A stretch of DNA of 60,109 nt, counting the filler. It is 6 parts of 6 records of this genome, joined end to end, with 100 filler letters (N's around TTAATTAATTAA, not from the genome) between each part and the next. Parts side by side here need not be neighbours in the genome. Positions count along the whole stretch, not along the records: positions 1 to 21,872 come from DRR723986_1298; positions 21,973 to 28,805 come from DRR723986_1304; positions 28,906 to 37,567 come from DRR723986_1306; 3 more parts are not named here. One strand, written 5' to 3'. Both the position numbers and the translations under genes were made by a program. Each line of letters begins with the position of its first letter. Within the stretch, counting starts at the first letter, position 1. Below the pieces are notes generated by a model, which worked only from the letters and a program-made list of their open reading frames with translations, ran no database searches and was not told the origin of the DNA. This document shows positions 20,628-30,500 of the stretch, piece by piece.

Positions 20628-21872
20628 ATGACTGCACAGGCCCAAAACAGCCGCACCCCCCACCTAGACAGGGTGGCAGGCCCCGCCGATCTGCGCGATT
20701 TCACCGATATCGAACTGGCCACGCTGGCCCAAGAGCTGCGCGCCGAAACCATCGAAACCGTCAGCCGCACCGGCGGGCATTTGGGCTCGTCTTTGGGGGT
20801 GGTGGAATTAACCGTGGCGCTCCATGCCGTGTTTCGCACCCCATTTGACAAGCTGATCTGGGATGTGGGCCACCAATGCTACCCGCATAAAATACTTACA
20901 GGGCGGCGCCACAAAATGGCCAGCCTGCGCCAAGAAGGCGGCATTTCCGGGTTTACCAAACGCGCCGAAAGCCCGTTTGACCCGTTTGGCGCGGCCCACA
21001 GCTCGACCTCGATTTCCGCGGCCCTGGGCTTTACCATTGGGCGCGACATGGGCCAGCCCACAGGCGATGCGATTGCCGTGATCGGCGATGGCTCTATCAC
21101 CGCTGGCATGGCCTATGAGGCGCTCAACAACGCCGGCGCCGAAGGGCGGCGGCTGTTTGTGGTGCTCAACGACAACGCCATGTCTATCGCCCCGCCCGTG
21201 GGCGCGCTAAGCCATCACCTCACCCATATCGACAGCCCCGCCGAAAAGCTGCGCGATATCGCCGAAGGGCTGGTATCTACCCTGCCCGGCCCGCTGCGCG
21301 AACTGGCCCGCCACGCCCGCGAAACCGCCTTTGGCCAGCGCCCGCCCGCAACCATGTTTGAACATCTGGGCTTTACCTATGTCGGGCCGATCGATGGCCA
21401 CAGCATGCCCGATTTGCTGGCCACGTTCCGCGCCGTGCGCAACCGCGCCGAGGGGCCTGTGCTGATCCATGTGCGCACCCAAAAGGGCAAGGGCTATGCC
21501 CCCGCCGAACAATCCGATTGCAAATATCACGGCGTGGCCAAATTCGATCTTCAATCAGGCAATCAGCGCAAATCCAACAGCAGCGCCCCCAGCTACACCG
21601 CCGTCTTTGGCCAGGCCCTGACCGAGGCCGCCGCCCAAGACCCGCTGATTGTGGGGGTCACAGCCGCCATGCCCAGCGGCACCGGGCTAGATGTGATGGC
21701 CCGCCGCTTTCCCAGCCGTGTCTATGACGTGGGCATCGCCGAGCAACACGCCGTCACCTTTGCCGCCGGTATGGCCGCCAGCGGGCTAAAGCCCTTTTGC
21801 GCCATCTATTCCACCTTTTTGCAGCGCGCCTATGACCAGATCGTGCATGACGTGGCGCTGCAGGGCCTGCCC
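20628..21872 (+). CDS. dxs: 1-deoxy-D-xylulose-5-phosphate synthase (3' truncated)
   Basis: [27 protein letters not shown]...[11 protein letters not shown]. Confidence 0.97.
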
Positions 21873-21972
21873 NNNNNNNNNNNNNNNNNNNNNNNNNNNN
21901 NNNNNNNNNNNNNNNNTTAATTAATTAANNNNNNNNNNNNNNNNNNNNNNNNNNNNNNNNNNNNNNNNNNNN
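21873..21972. other. Artificial contig spacer
   Basis: N44-TTAATTAATTAA-N44; genes are cut on both sides. Confidence 0.98.
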
Positions 21973-22441
21973 TCTGGGCTATGGCCTGTCGGGTGATGCC
22001 TACCACATCACCGCCCCGTCCGAGGATGGCGATGGCGGCTACCGCGCCATGGAAGCGGCGCTGAAGCGCGCGGGCCTGACGCCGGATGCGGTGGATTACA
22101 TCAACGCCCACGGCACCTCTACCATGGCCGACACGATCGAACTGGGCGCGGTGGAGCGCCTGTTGGGGGACAAGGCGGGTCTGGCCACCATGTCATCCAC
22201 CAAATCCTCTGTCGGGCACCTTCTGGGCGCTGCTGGCGCGATCGAGGCGATCTTCTCGATCCTTGCGATCCGCGATCAGGTGGCACCGCCGACGATCAAT
22301 CTGGATAACCCGGCGGTTGCGCCCAAGCTGAACCTTGCCGCCAATGCCAAGCATGAGCGCGAGATCAACATCGCGCTGTCCAACAGCTTCGGCTTCGGTG
22401 GCACCAATGCGTCGCTGGTCATGGGCAAGGTTGCCGACTGA
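21973..22441 (+). CDS. fabF: Beta-ketoacyl-ACP synthase II (5' truncated)
   Basis: YINAHGTST, KSSVGHLLGAAG, SNSFGFGGTN. Confidence 0.95.
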
Positions 22442-23610
22442 TGTGGAAGCATGTCGCTGCCAACGGGATGAGCCTGCTCATCGTCGGCTTCATCGCTTTT
22501 GCGGGGGCCGTGGCCTGGGGACAGCGGCAGTATACCTCTGTCGGTCCACTGGCGGAGCCCACCTATTTCGAGGTGTCACGGGGCGAAAGTCTGACCTCGG
22601 TCTCGGAAAACCTTGAAGCGGCGGGGGTGATTTCCAGCGCCACCATCTTCCGGCTTGGCGCGCGCTATACCGAACGATCCGAGGATCTGCGCTTCGGGAA
22701 TTACGAGATTCCGGCGGGCGTTTCGATGGATGAGGTGATGGAAATCCTGTCTTCCGGTGCGCCCTCGACCTTCCGTTACACGGCCACTTACGTGATCCGG
22801 GGCGGTGCGGGTGGCGGCGAGATGCGGTTGCGCGAACGGGTGCCGGGCACTGGGGATCTGGTGGAGCTGGCGACGTTCGAGGGCGGCGCCGACCTGCCGA
22901 CGGAATATGTGGCGCTGGTCGAAGCGGGAACGCCGATTGTCTACCGGGTTTCGGTGCCGGAGGGGCTGACCGTTTACCAGATCGTCGAAGGGCTGCGCGG
23001 CGCGGATTTCCTGGAAGATGACGTGGTCGATCTGCCCGCCGAGGGCACTCTGGCGCCCGACACCTACGAAGTGGTGCGCGGCACATTGATTTCCGAGATG
23101 CTGACGGACATGGCCGACGCTCAGACCGGGATCCTGCTGGCGGCATGGGCCGGGCGGGCCGAGAACCTGCCCTATGACACGGTCGAAGAGGCGCTGATCA
23201 TGGCGTCGCTGATCGAGAAGGAAACCGGGGTCGCCGATGAACGCGGCGAGATCGCGGGGGTCTTCGTGAACCGGCTTGAGGCAGGGATGCGGCTGCAAAC
23301 CGACCCGACGATCATCTATGGCGAATCCGAGGGGCGGGGCTTCCTCGGCCGGGGGATTCGGCAAAGCGAGCTCGTGAATGACAACAACCCGTGGAACACT
23401 TATCGCATCGATGGGCTGCCGCCGACGCCGATTGCAAACCCCGGACGGGCCGCGATCGAGGCGGCGGTGAACCCGTCGAGCACTGACTATCTGTTCTTTG
23501 TGGCCGATGGGTCCGGTGGCCACGCATTCGCGTCGAGCCTGGCGGAGCATAACGAGAATGTGCAGGCTTGGCGGGCGATTGAAGCAGCTCGGGCAGCGCA
23601 GGAAAACTAG
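22441..23610 (+). CDS. mltG: Endolytic transglycosylase MltG
   Basis: N-terminal TM, ASLIEKET, RLQTDPT, GLPPTPIANPG, YLFFVADG. Confidence 0.95.
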   Translation: MWKHVAANGMSLLIVGFIAFAGAVAWGQRQYTSVGPLAEPTYFEVSRGESLTSVSENLEAAGVISSATIFRLGARYTERSEDLRFGNYEIPAGVSMDEVMEILSSGAPSTFRYTATYVIRGGAGGGEMRLRERVPGTGDLVELATFEGGADLPTEYVALVEAGTPIVYRVSVPEGLTVYQIVEGLRGADFLEDDVVDLPAEGTLAPDTYEVVRGTLISEMLTDMADAQTGILLAAWAGRAENLPYDTVEEALIMASLIEKETGVADERGEIAGVFVNRLEAGMRLQTDPTIIYGESEGRGFLGRGIRQSELVNDNNPWNTYRIDGLPPTPIANPGRAAIEAAVNPSSTDYLFFVADGSGGHAFASSLAEHNENVQAWRAIEAARAAQEN

Positions 23611-23637
23611 GGATTTCGCTGCGCTTCGCGCATCGAC

Positions 23638-23752
23638 CGGCGCGGCCCTGACGGGCCGCGTTTTGCGTTGCGGCACGCGGTTGGGTTGAGTGGGGCGCTG
23701 CCCCCGTCGCCTGCGGCTCCTCCCCCGGAGTATTTGGGCCAAGAAGAAGGGG
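23638..23752. repeat. Putative interspersed REP-like palindromic element(s)
   Basis: Hairpin cgcggccc-tgac-gggccgcg followed by ggggcgctgccccc...cccccggagtatttgggccaagaagaag; resembles Rhodobacteraceae intergenic repeats as I recall them; single copy in this window. Confidence 0.45.
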
Positions 23753-23809
23753 GTTAATGGTTTCTTGCCAAGGTGAGAGTTTGTTAACTATTTGAAAGTA
23801 ATAAACTTA

Positions 23810-23838
23810 TTGACTTACCGAGCGGTCTTCGGTACAAC
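23810..23838 (+). promoter_or_regulatory. Putative GTA head-tail cluster promoter
   Basis: TTGACT-N17-TACAAC after an AT-rich stretch; taccga/tcggta inverted repeat overlaps the spacer. Confidence 0.6.
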
Positions 23839-23863
23839 TTGTGACATGCTGGAAGAAGTGGGC

Positions 23864-23900
23864 AAGCGGCCCCGGGGATGACCTCGGAGGTCGCTTTTTC
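23864..23900 (+). terminator. Terminator-like hairpin in the GTA operon leader
   Basis: aagcggcc-ccgggg-atga-cctcgg-a-ggtcgctt followed by further T residues, upstream of the g1 ATG. Confidence 0.55.
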
Positions 23901-23949
23901 ATTTCTGCTCGTGCGGATTCATTTTTTGAAAGCACGGGGATTATCAAAC

Positions 23950-24270
23950 ATGACGACGAAATCCGATGAGGATGACGCCTGCACCGAAATTACGGTGGCG
24001 CGGGCGATGAAGGCGTTCGACGTGACAGTGGACGCGTTGGAGGACGCGGTGGATCGGTTGCGCGCGGAGGAGGCGGTGTCGCCTGGGGCGGTTATCAAGG
24101 ACCTCAAGGAAATGAACAGCGCCTTCACGCTGGCGCTGAACCTGAAGGAGAAGGCACGTGACGCGAAACGGGGACCAGATGGCAGGCGGGCCGGAGAGCT
24201 TGACCTCGACGGAGCGCGGGCTGAGATCGGGCTCCGCCTTGCTTGCCTGCGCGGCGTCTCGGACGGTTGA
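23950..24270 (+). CDS. GTA small terminase (RcGTA g1-like)
   Basis: 106 aa helical protein ending ELDLDGARAEIGLRLACLR; sits between mltG and the large terminase. Confidence 0.85.
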   Translation: MTTKSDEDDACTEITVARAMKAFDVTVDALEDAVDRLRAEEAVSPGAVIKDLKEMNSAFTLALNLKEKARDAKRGPDGRRAGELDLDGARAEIGLRLACLRGVSDG

Positions 24271-25567
24271 GGGCTTTCTGGATGGTCTGAGCGACAATGC
24301 GCTGGCGGCGTTGCCGTGGCTGTTCGAGTTTTGGGCCTTGCCGCACCAGTTGCCGCCTGCGGGCCTGTGGCGGGCCTGGGTGGTGCTGGGCGGCAGGGGG
24401 GCGGGCAAGACCCGTGCCGGGGCTGAATGGGTGCGAGGGATGGTGGAGGGCGCGACGCCTCAAGCCCACGGTCGTGCCCGGCGGGTGGCGCTGGTGGGGG
24501 AAAACTATGACCAGGTGCTGGCCGTGATGGTGAAGGGGGAGAGCGGGCTTTTGGCCTGCTCCCCCCCGGATCGCCGCCCGCGTTGGGTGGCGGGGGAACG
24601 GATGCTGGTCTGGCCCAATGGCGCGGAGGCACGGCTTTATTCGGCGCATGACCCGGAAGCGTTGCGGGGGCCGCAGTTTGACGCGGCCTGGGCCGATGAA
24701 CTGGCGAAATGGCCCAAGGCGGCAGAGACCTGGGACATGCTGCAATTCGCGCTGCGGCTGGGGGACCAGCCACAGGTTTGCGTGACGACCACGCCGCGCA
24801 ATGTGGGGGTGCTGAAGGATTTGCTGACGCGGGACAGCACCGTTATGACCCACGCGCCCACTGAGGCGAACCGGGCGTTTCTGGCGGACTCGTTTTTGGA
24901 GGAGGTGCGGGCGCGCTATGGCAATACGCGGCTTGGCCGGCAGGAACTTGATGGTGAGCTGATCGAGGAAGCAGACGGGGCGTTGTGGACGCAGGCCACG
25001 CTGGATGGCGCGCGGGTGGATGCGGTTCCGGAGGGCGCGCGGATCACGGTGGCGGTTGACCCGCCGGTGACAGGCCATGCGGGGTCTGACGCTTGCGGGA
25101 TCGTCGTGGTGGGGGTCGTTCAGGACGGGCCGCCGCGGGATTGGCATGCTGTTGTGATCGAGGATTGCACCGTTCAGGGCGTGTCGGCCAGCGGCTGGGC
25201 CGAGGCTGCGGTGGCGGCCTATGAACGGCACGGCGCCGACCGGATGGTGGCCGAGGTCAATCAGGGCGGTGATCTGGTTCTGGATGCGGTTAGGATGGTC
25301 GATCCGCTGATCAACGTGCGCTCGGTCCATGCCTCTCGTGGCAAGGTGGCGCGGGCCGAACCGGTGGCGGCCTTGTACGAACAGGGGCGGGTCGGGCATC
25401 TGCCGGGGTTGGCAGAGCTGGAGGACCAGATGTGCCGTATGACGATCACGGGGTACGAAGGGCGCGGCAGCCCGGACCGGGTGGACGCGCTGGTTTGGGC
25501 GCTGACGGACGGGATGATCCTGCCCGCACGCGGGGCGCTGGCCCGGCCGGGCATCCGGCAGATCTGA
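24200..25567 (+). CDS. GTA large terminase (g2)
   Basis: Walker A GGRGAGKT, LRGPQFDAAWADE, VAVDPP, SPDRVDALVWA; probable TTG start after GGAGAG. Confidence 0.95.
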   Translation: MTSTERGLRSGSALLACAASRTVEGFLDGLSDNALAALPWLFEFWALPHQLPPAGLWRAWVVLGGRGAGKTRAGAEWVRGMVEGATPQAHGRARRVALVGENYDQVLAVMVKGESGLLACSPPDRRPRWVAGERMLVWPNGAEARLYSAHDPEALRGPQFDAAWADELAKWPKAAETWDMLQFALRLGDQPQVCVTTTPRNVGVLKDLLTRDSTVMTHAPTEANRAFLADSFLEEVRARYGNTRLGRQELDGELIEEADGALWTQATLDGARVDAVPEGARITVAVDPPVTGHAGSDACGIVVVGVVQDGPPRDWHAVVIEDCTVQGVSASGWAEAAVAAYERHGADRMVAEVNQGGDLVLDAVRMVDPLINVRSVHASRGKVARAEPVAALYEQGRVGHLPGLAELEDQMCRMTITGYEGRGSPDRVDALVWALTDGMILPARGALARPGIRQI

Positions 25568-25663
25568 ATTCAATCACGCAAGGGGGCGTTCATCCGCCCT
25601 TTCGGAGCGCTTTCGCGGGCTATGCGGGGGCGCTCTTTTGACATGGACCAAGGAGACAAGCGG

Positions 25664-26836
25664 ATGGTGTTGGATTTCTTGCGAAGATCGCAACCGGAGG
25701 TGCCGGAGGCCAAGGCTTCGGCCACGGGGCGGGTGGTGGCCTGGGCTGGCGCGGGACGTGTGGCGTGGAGCCCGCGCGATACGGTGTCACTGATGAAAAC
25801 GGGCTTTACCGGCAACCCGGTCGGGTTCCGCTCGGTCAAGCTGATCGCAGAGGCCGCTGCTGCGGTTCCGGTGATCTGCCAGGATCTGGAGCGGCGCTAT
25901 GAGCTGCATCCGATGCTGAGCCTGCTGGCGCGGCCCAACGGGGCGCAGGGGCGGGCGGAGTTCCTGGAGGCGCTGTTTGCGCAGCTGCTGCTGTCGGGCA
26001 ATGGCTATGTGGAAGCAGTCAGCCCGGACGGCGCGCTGCCCGGTGAACTGCATGTGCTGCGGTCCGACCGGATGAGCCTTGTTCCCGGTGCCGATGGCTG
26101 GCCGGTGGCCTATGACTACGTCGTGGGGACCAAAAAGCACCGGTTCCATGTGCAGGGGCAAAGCCCCATCTGCCATGTGCGCCTGTTCCATCCGCAGGAT
26201 GATCATTACGGGCTGTCGCCGATGCAGGCGGCGGCGAATGCGCTGGATGTGCATAACAGCGCCTCGCGGTGGTCGAAGGCGTTGCTGGACAACGCGGCGC
26301 GGCCCTCGGGCGCGATTGTCTATCGTGGGGCGGATGGGGCGGGCACGATGACCGCCGATCAGTTCGAACGCTTGCAGGCCGAGATGGAAAGCCACCATCA
26401 GGGGGCGCGCAATGCCGGGCGGCCGATGCTTTTGGAAGGCGGCCTGGACTGGAAGCCGATGGGGTTCAGCCCCTCTGACATGGAGTTCCAGAAAACCAAG
26501 GACGCCGCCGCGCGGGATATCGCGCTGGCCTTCGGGGTGCCGCCGATGCTGCTGGGGATTCCCGGCGATGCGACCTACGCCAATTATGCTGAAGCCAACC
26601 GGGCCTTCTATCGCCTGACGGTGTTGCCGCTGGCCTCCAAGGTGCTGGCGTCGCTGGCGCATTGGCTGGCGGGCTATTCGGGCGAGGTGGCCGAGTTGCG
26701 CCCCGATCTCGATCAGGTGCCGGCGCTGGCTGCGGAACGGGATGGGCAGTGGCGCAGGGTGGCCGAGGCCGATTTCCTGACCGCTGCGGAGAAGCGCGCG
26801 ATGCTGGGGCTGCCGCGACTGGCGGAGGATGAATGA
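25664..26836 (+). CDS. GTA portal protein (g3)
   Basis: HK97-type portal motifs LLSGNGY, DDHYGLSP, LLEGGLDW, AFGVPPMLLG. Confidence 0.95.
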   Translation: MVLDFLRRSQPEVPEAKASATGRVVAWAGAGRVAWSPRDTVSLMKTGFTGNPVGFRSVKLIAEAAAAVPVICQDLERRYELHPMLSLLARPNGAQGRAEFLEALFAQLLLSGNGYVEAVSPDGALPGELHVLRSDRMSLVPGADGWPVAYDYVVGTKKHRFHVQGQSPICHVRLFHPQDDHYGLSPMQAAANALDVHNSASRWSKALLDNAARPSGAIVYRGADGAGTMTADQFERLQAEMESHHQGARNAGRPMLLEGGLDWKPMGFSPSDMEFQKTKDAAARDIALAFGVPPMLLGIPGDATYANYAEANRAFYRLTVLPLASKVLASLAHWLAGYSGEVAELRPDLDQVPALAAERDGQWRRVAEADFLTAAEKRAMLGLPRLAEDE

Positions 26837-27081
26837 GCGACCGGGGGACGAGCAGCGGGTCGCGCTTTCTCTATGCCCCCTTCGACGCGGCCAATGCCCG
26901 GATCGAGGCCAATGAACGCGTTCATGAGGAACGCTGGCAGGCGCTGGAATACCGGCTGAAGGCCATAGAGAGCCTGCTGGACCGGCTGGAACGGCGGCTT
27001 TGGCTGGCGGTGTTCGGCGTGGTCAGCGTGGTTCTGGCACAGGGAATAAATGACCTCATTCAGATGAGCTCTGGTGGATAG
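26833..27081 (+). CDS. GTA head formation protein (g3.5-like)
   Basis: FLYAPFD...RLERRLWLAVFGV; coiled coil plus C-terminal hydrophobic helix, between portal and protease. Confidence 0.85.
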   Translation: MSDRGTSSGSRFLYAPFDAANARIEANERVHEERWQALEYRLKAIESLLDRLERRLWLAVFGVVSVVLAQGINDLIQMSSGG

Positions 27082-27090
27082 GAGACTGGA

Positions 27091-27654
27091 ATGTATGAAC
27101 TTTCCCAAAGTGGATTGGAGACGAAATTTTGCCGTTTCGATGAGGCGCTAACCGTCAGCGACGGCCATGTGATCGAGGGCTATGCAAGCCTGTTCGGGGC
27201 CTGTGACCAGGGCGGCGACGTGGTGCAAAAAGGCGCCTATGGCCGCAGCCTGAAGGGGCTGTCGGATCAGGGTCGCCGGGTCAAGATGCTGTGGCAGCAC
27301 GACCCGTCGCAGCCAATTGGTGTCTGGGACGAGCTTCGCGAAGATGGCAAGGGGCTGTGGGTTCGGGGCCGGATTCTGGATGCGGTGGAAAAGGGGCGCG
27401 AGGCTGCTGCGCTGATCGGAGCGGGTGCGATTGACGGGCTGTCGATCGGCTATCGCACGGTGCGCGCAACCAAGGATGACAGGGGCCAGCGGCTTCTGAA
27501 CGAGGTGGAGCTTTGGGAAGTGTCGCTGGTGACCTTCCCAATGCTGCCGCAGGCGCGGGTGGGTGCCCACAAGGCCGAAGAGGCCAAGGGCGACTTCCTG
27601 CATGAACTGGCGACGGTGTTTCAGGACGCCCGCCGCAAACTGGCGGCGCGTTAA
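27091..27654 (+). CDS. GTA HK97 prohead protease (g4)
   Basis: IEGYASLF, MLWQHD, DGLSIGY, LWEVSLVTFP. Confidence 0.95.
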   Translation: MYELSQSGLETKFCRFDEALTVSDGHVIEGYASLFGACDQGGDVVQKGAYGRSLKGLSDQGRRVKMLWQHDPSQPIGVWDELREDGKGLWVRGRILDAVEKGREAAALIGAGAIDGLSIGYRTVRATKDDRGQRLLNEVELWEVSLVTFPMLPQARVGAHKAEEAKGDFLHELATVFQDARRKLAAR

Positions 27655-27688
27655 GGCCCGCACTTCTCTCAACAATCAGGATGACGTG

Positions 27689-28805
27689 ATGACCGAGACC
27701 AAGTCTTCGGGCGGCGGCGCCCCCATGCTCATGGCACAGGACGCAACCGCCGAGGTGAAATCTGCACTGGCCGGATTTCTGAATGAATTCAGCCAGTTTC
27801 AGGACGATGTTTCCATCAAGATTCAAAAACAGGAAGAGCGTATCTCCATGCTGAACACCAAGACCATGACCCATCTGCGCCCCGCGCTTTCGGCCTCTGC
27901 GAACGAGGGTGCCCCCCACAAGAAGGCCATCGGCGCCTATCTGCGGACCGGTGACGATGACGGCCTGCGCGGGCTGGAACTGGAAGGCAAGGCGCTGAAC
28001 ACTGCGGTGAACGCCGAGGGTGGTTACCTTGTCGATCCGCAGACCGCCGAGCAGATCCAGGGCGTGCTGCGCTCGTCCTCTTCGCTGCGCACCATCGCCA
28101 ATGTGGTGAATGTCGAGGCGACCTCGTTTGACGTGCTGGTCGACCACACCGATGTGGGTGCGGGCTGGGCCACGGAAACAGCCGCGACCACGGAAACCGA
28201 CACGCCGCAGATCGAGCGGATTTCGATCCCGCTGCACGAACTTTCGGCGCTGCCCAAGGCGTCTCAGCGGCTGCTGGACGACACCGCGTTCGACATTGAA
28301 GGCTGGCTTGCTGGCCGCATCGCCGACAAGTTCGCCCGCGCCGAGGCATCGGCCTTTGTGTCTGGCGACGGGGTGGACAAGCCGACGGGTTTCCTGACTC
28401 ACTCGACTGTCGATGATGCCAGCTGGACCTGGGGCAATCTGGGCTATGTCATCACCGGCACAGCGGGCGATTTCGCGGCGGTGAACCCGGCTGATGCAGT
28501 GGTCGATCTGGTCTATTCGTTGGGCGCGCGCTACCGCGCCAATGCGTCTTTCGTGATGAACTCCAAAACCGCGGGTGCAGTGCGCAAGATGAAGGATGCC
28601 GATGGCCGCTTCCTGTGGTCCGACGGTCTGGCCGCTGGCGAGCCCGCGCGCCTGATGGGCTATCCGGTGCTGATCGCCGAAGACATGCCCGACATCGCGA
28701 CGGATGCCATGGCGATTGCCTTTGGCGATTTCGGGTCCGGCTATACTATCGCCGAACGTCCCGACCTGCGCGTGCTGCGTGACCCGTTCAGCGCCAAGCC
28801 GCATG
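27689..28805 (+). CDS. GTA major capsid protein (g5, 3' truncated)
   Basis: AEGGYLVDP, ASQRLLDD, GDGVDKPTGFL, LRDPFSAKPH. Confidence 0.95.
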
Positions 28806-28905
28806 NNNNNNNNNNNNNNNNNNNNNNNNNNNNNNNNNNNNNNNNNNNNTTAATTAATTAANNNNNNNNNNNNNNNNNNNNNNNNNNNNNNNNNNNNNNN
28901 NNNNN
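28806..28905. other. Artificial contig spacer
   Basis: N44-TTAATTAATTAA-N44. Confidence 0.98.
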
Positions 28906-30311
28906 ATCTGGCGCACCACGGTGTTGATCATGTCCTCCGCCTTGGAGGCCAGCATCACCTTGCGGGTCTGCGGGTTGTCCGCCTTGGCAAGCAGGGATTT
29001 GAACGTCAACATCTCACCGAAGACACTGGCCGTTTCCGCCAGGGTCAGCGGTGTCGGCGCCATCAGCGGTCCGTTGGGTGCCGCCAGCACCTGGTGAACG
29101 CCGTGACCCAGTTCATGGGCAAGGGTCATCACGTCGCGGATCTTGCCCTGGTAGTTGACCAGCACATAGGGGTGTGCGCTTGGCACTGTCGGATGCGCAA
29201 ACGCACCGGGCGCCTTGCCGGAGCGGGCCGGCGCATCGATCCAGCGCCGGTCGAAGAACCGGCCTGCGATTTCCGCCATGTCGGGTGAAAAGGCGCTGTA
29301 GGCGGACAGCACCGTGTCCTTCGCTTCATCCCAGGGGATCACTCGCGTGTCGGCGTTCGGCAGAGGTGCGTTGCGGTCCCAGGTGTTGAGCTGGTCCATA
29401 CCCAGCCACTTTGCCTTCAGCTTGTAGTAGCGATGCGACAGGCGCGGATAGGCATCGCGCACGGCTGCCACCAGCGCATCGACAACTACCCGCTCGACCC
29501 GGTTGGAAAGATGGCGGCTGTCGGCAATGTCCGTGAAATTCCGCCAGCGGTCGGAAATTTCCTTGTCCTTGGCCAGCGTGTTGGTGATCAGCGTGAAGGT
29601 GCGCAGGTTTTCCTTGAAGGTCTGCGTCAGAGCTTCAGACGCCTTGCGGCGGGTATCGGGCGAAGGATCCACCAGCATGTTGAGCGTCGGTTCAATCGAC
29701 AGTTCCTGGCCGTCGACATCGAACGTCAGCGAGGCCATCGTCTCGTCGAAGAGCCTGTTCCAGGCACCCGCGCCCGTGACGGACTTTTCGTGGAACAGTT
29801 GCTCCACCCGGTCTTCCAGCTGATAGGGCTTGCCTTTGCGCAGATCCTCGATCCACGGCAGGTAATGTGCAAACTGGCTGTCCTGAAGCGCAGTTTCCAT
29901 CACGCCGTCATCGATCTTGTTCATCTCCAGCGTGAAGAACAGAAGATGCGAACTTGCCGTCGTGATCTGCTCCTGCACATCGCCATAGAATTTCTGCGAC
30001 GCGGGTTTGATCGTGTTTTCCGAATAGACCAGGCCGGCGAAGGAAATCAGCCTGCCCATCAGGTCTTCAAGTTCCTCATAGGCGCGAATTGCCGTGACCA
30101 GCGCGGGAACATTGCTCTGGGCCATATCGGCCAGCCTGCCCTTGTAGGACGTCTCGAAGGTTTTCGACCGCTCCAGGATCTCCTTCAGGTCGGCAGCAAC
30201 CTCCGGCGCGTCGACCGCGGGATAGAGATCCGTGAGGTCCCATTCGGGAAGCGCTCCGAGATCTCCTGAAGCGGCGGCCTGGGGGGCATGGACGGGATGT
30301 GGAATGGGCAA
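28906..30311 (-). CDS. pepF: M3 family oligoendopeptidase F (3' truncated)
   Basis: LPEWDLTDLY, GKAPGAFAH, TLAHELGHGVHQ (HExxH), AETASVFGE. Confidence 0.93.
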
Positions 30312-30500
30312 GTTTTTTCTCCGGTGCGCCTGCGGACGAACGGGTCCGGCAATCTTCTGTTGTTAGAATTAGTAGGCCGGGAAAAGGCCCGCCTGCAATC
30401 TGACTGTGAAAACTTTTTTGCCTGCACTTGGACGATTTGTTTACCCAATTGCGACCAGAATGGTTCGAAACGAGACAATTCGGGACGAGCGAAACCGCCA

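Noticed and set aside
21917-21928. TTAATTAATTAA as a CtrA or other regulatory site
   Set aside because: It is part of the synthetic spacer, repeated at every join.
17609-28805. Photosynthesis cluster physically linked to a GTA
   Set aside because: The two are separated by an artificial spacer; dxs and fabF are both cut at the join.
23950-28805. Prophage
   Set aside because: Gene order, sizes, host-like GC and the fabF-mltG context match the RcGTA-type head cluster; no integrase or replication genes are present.
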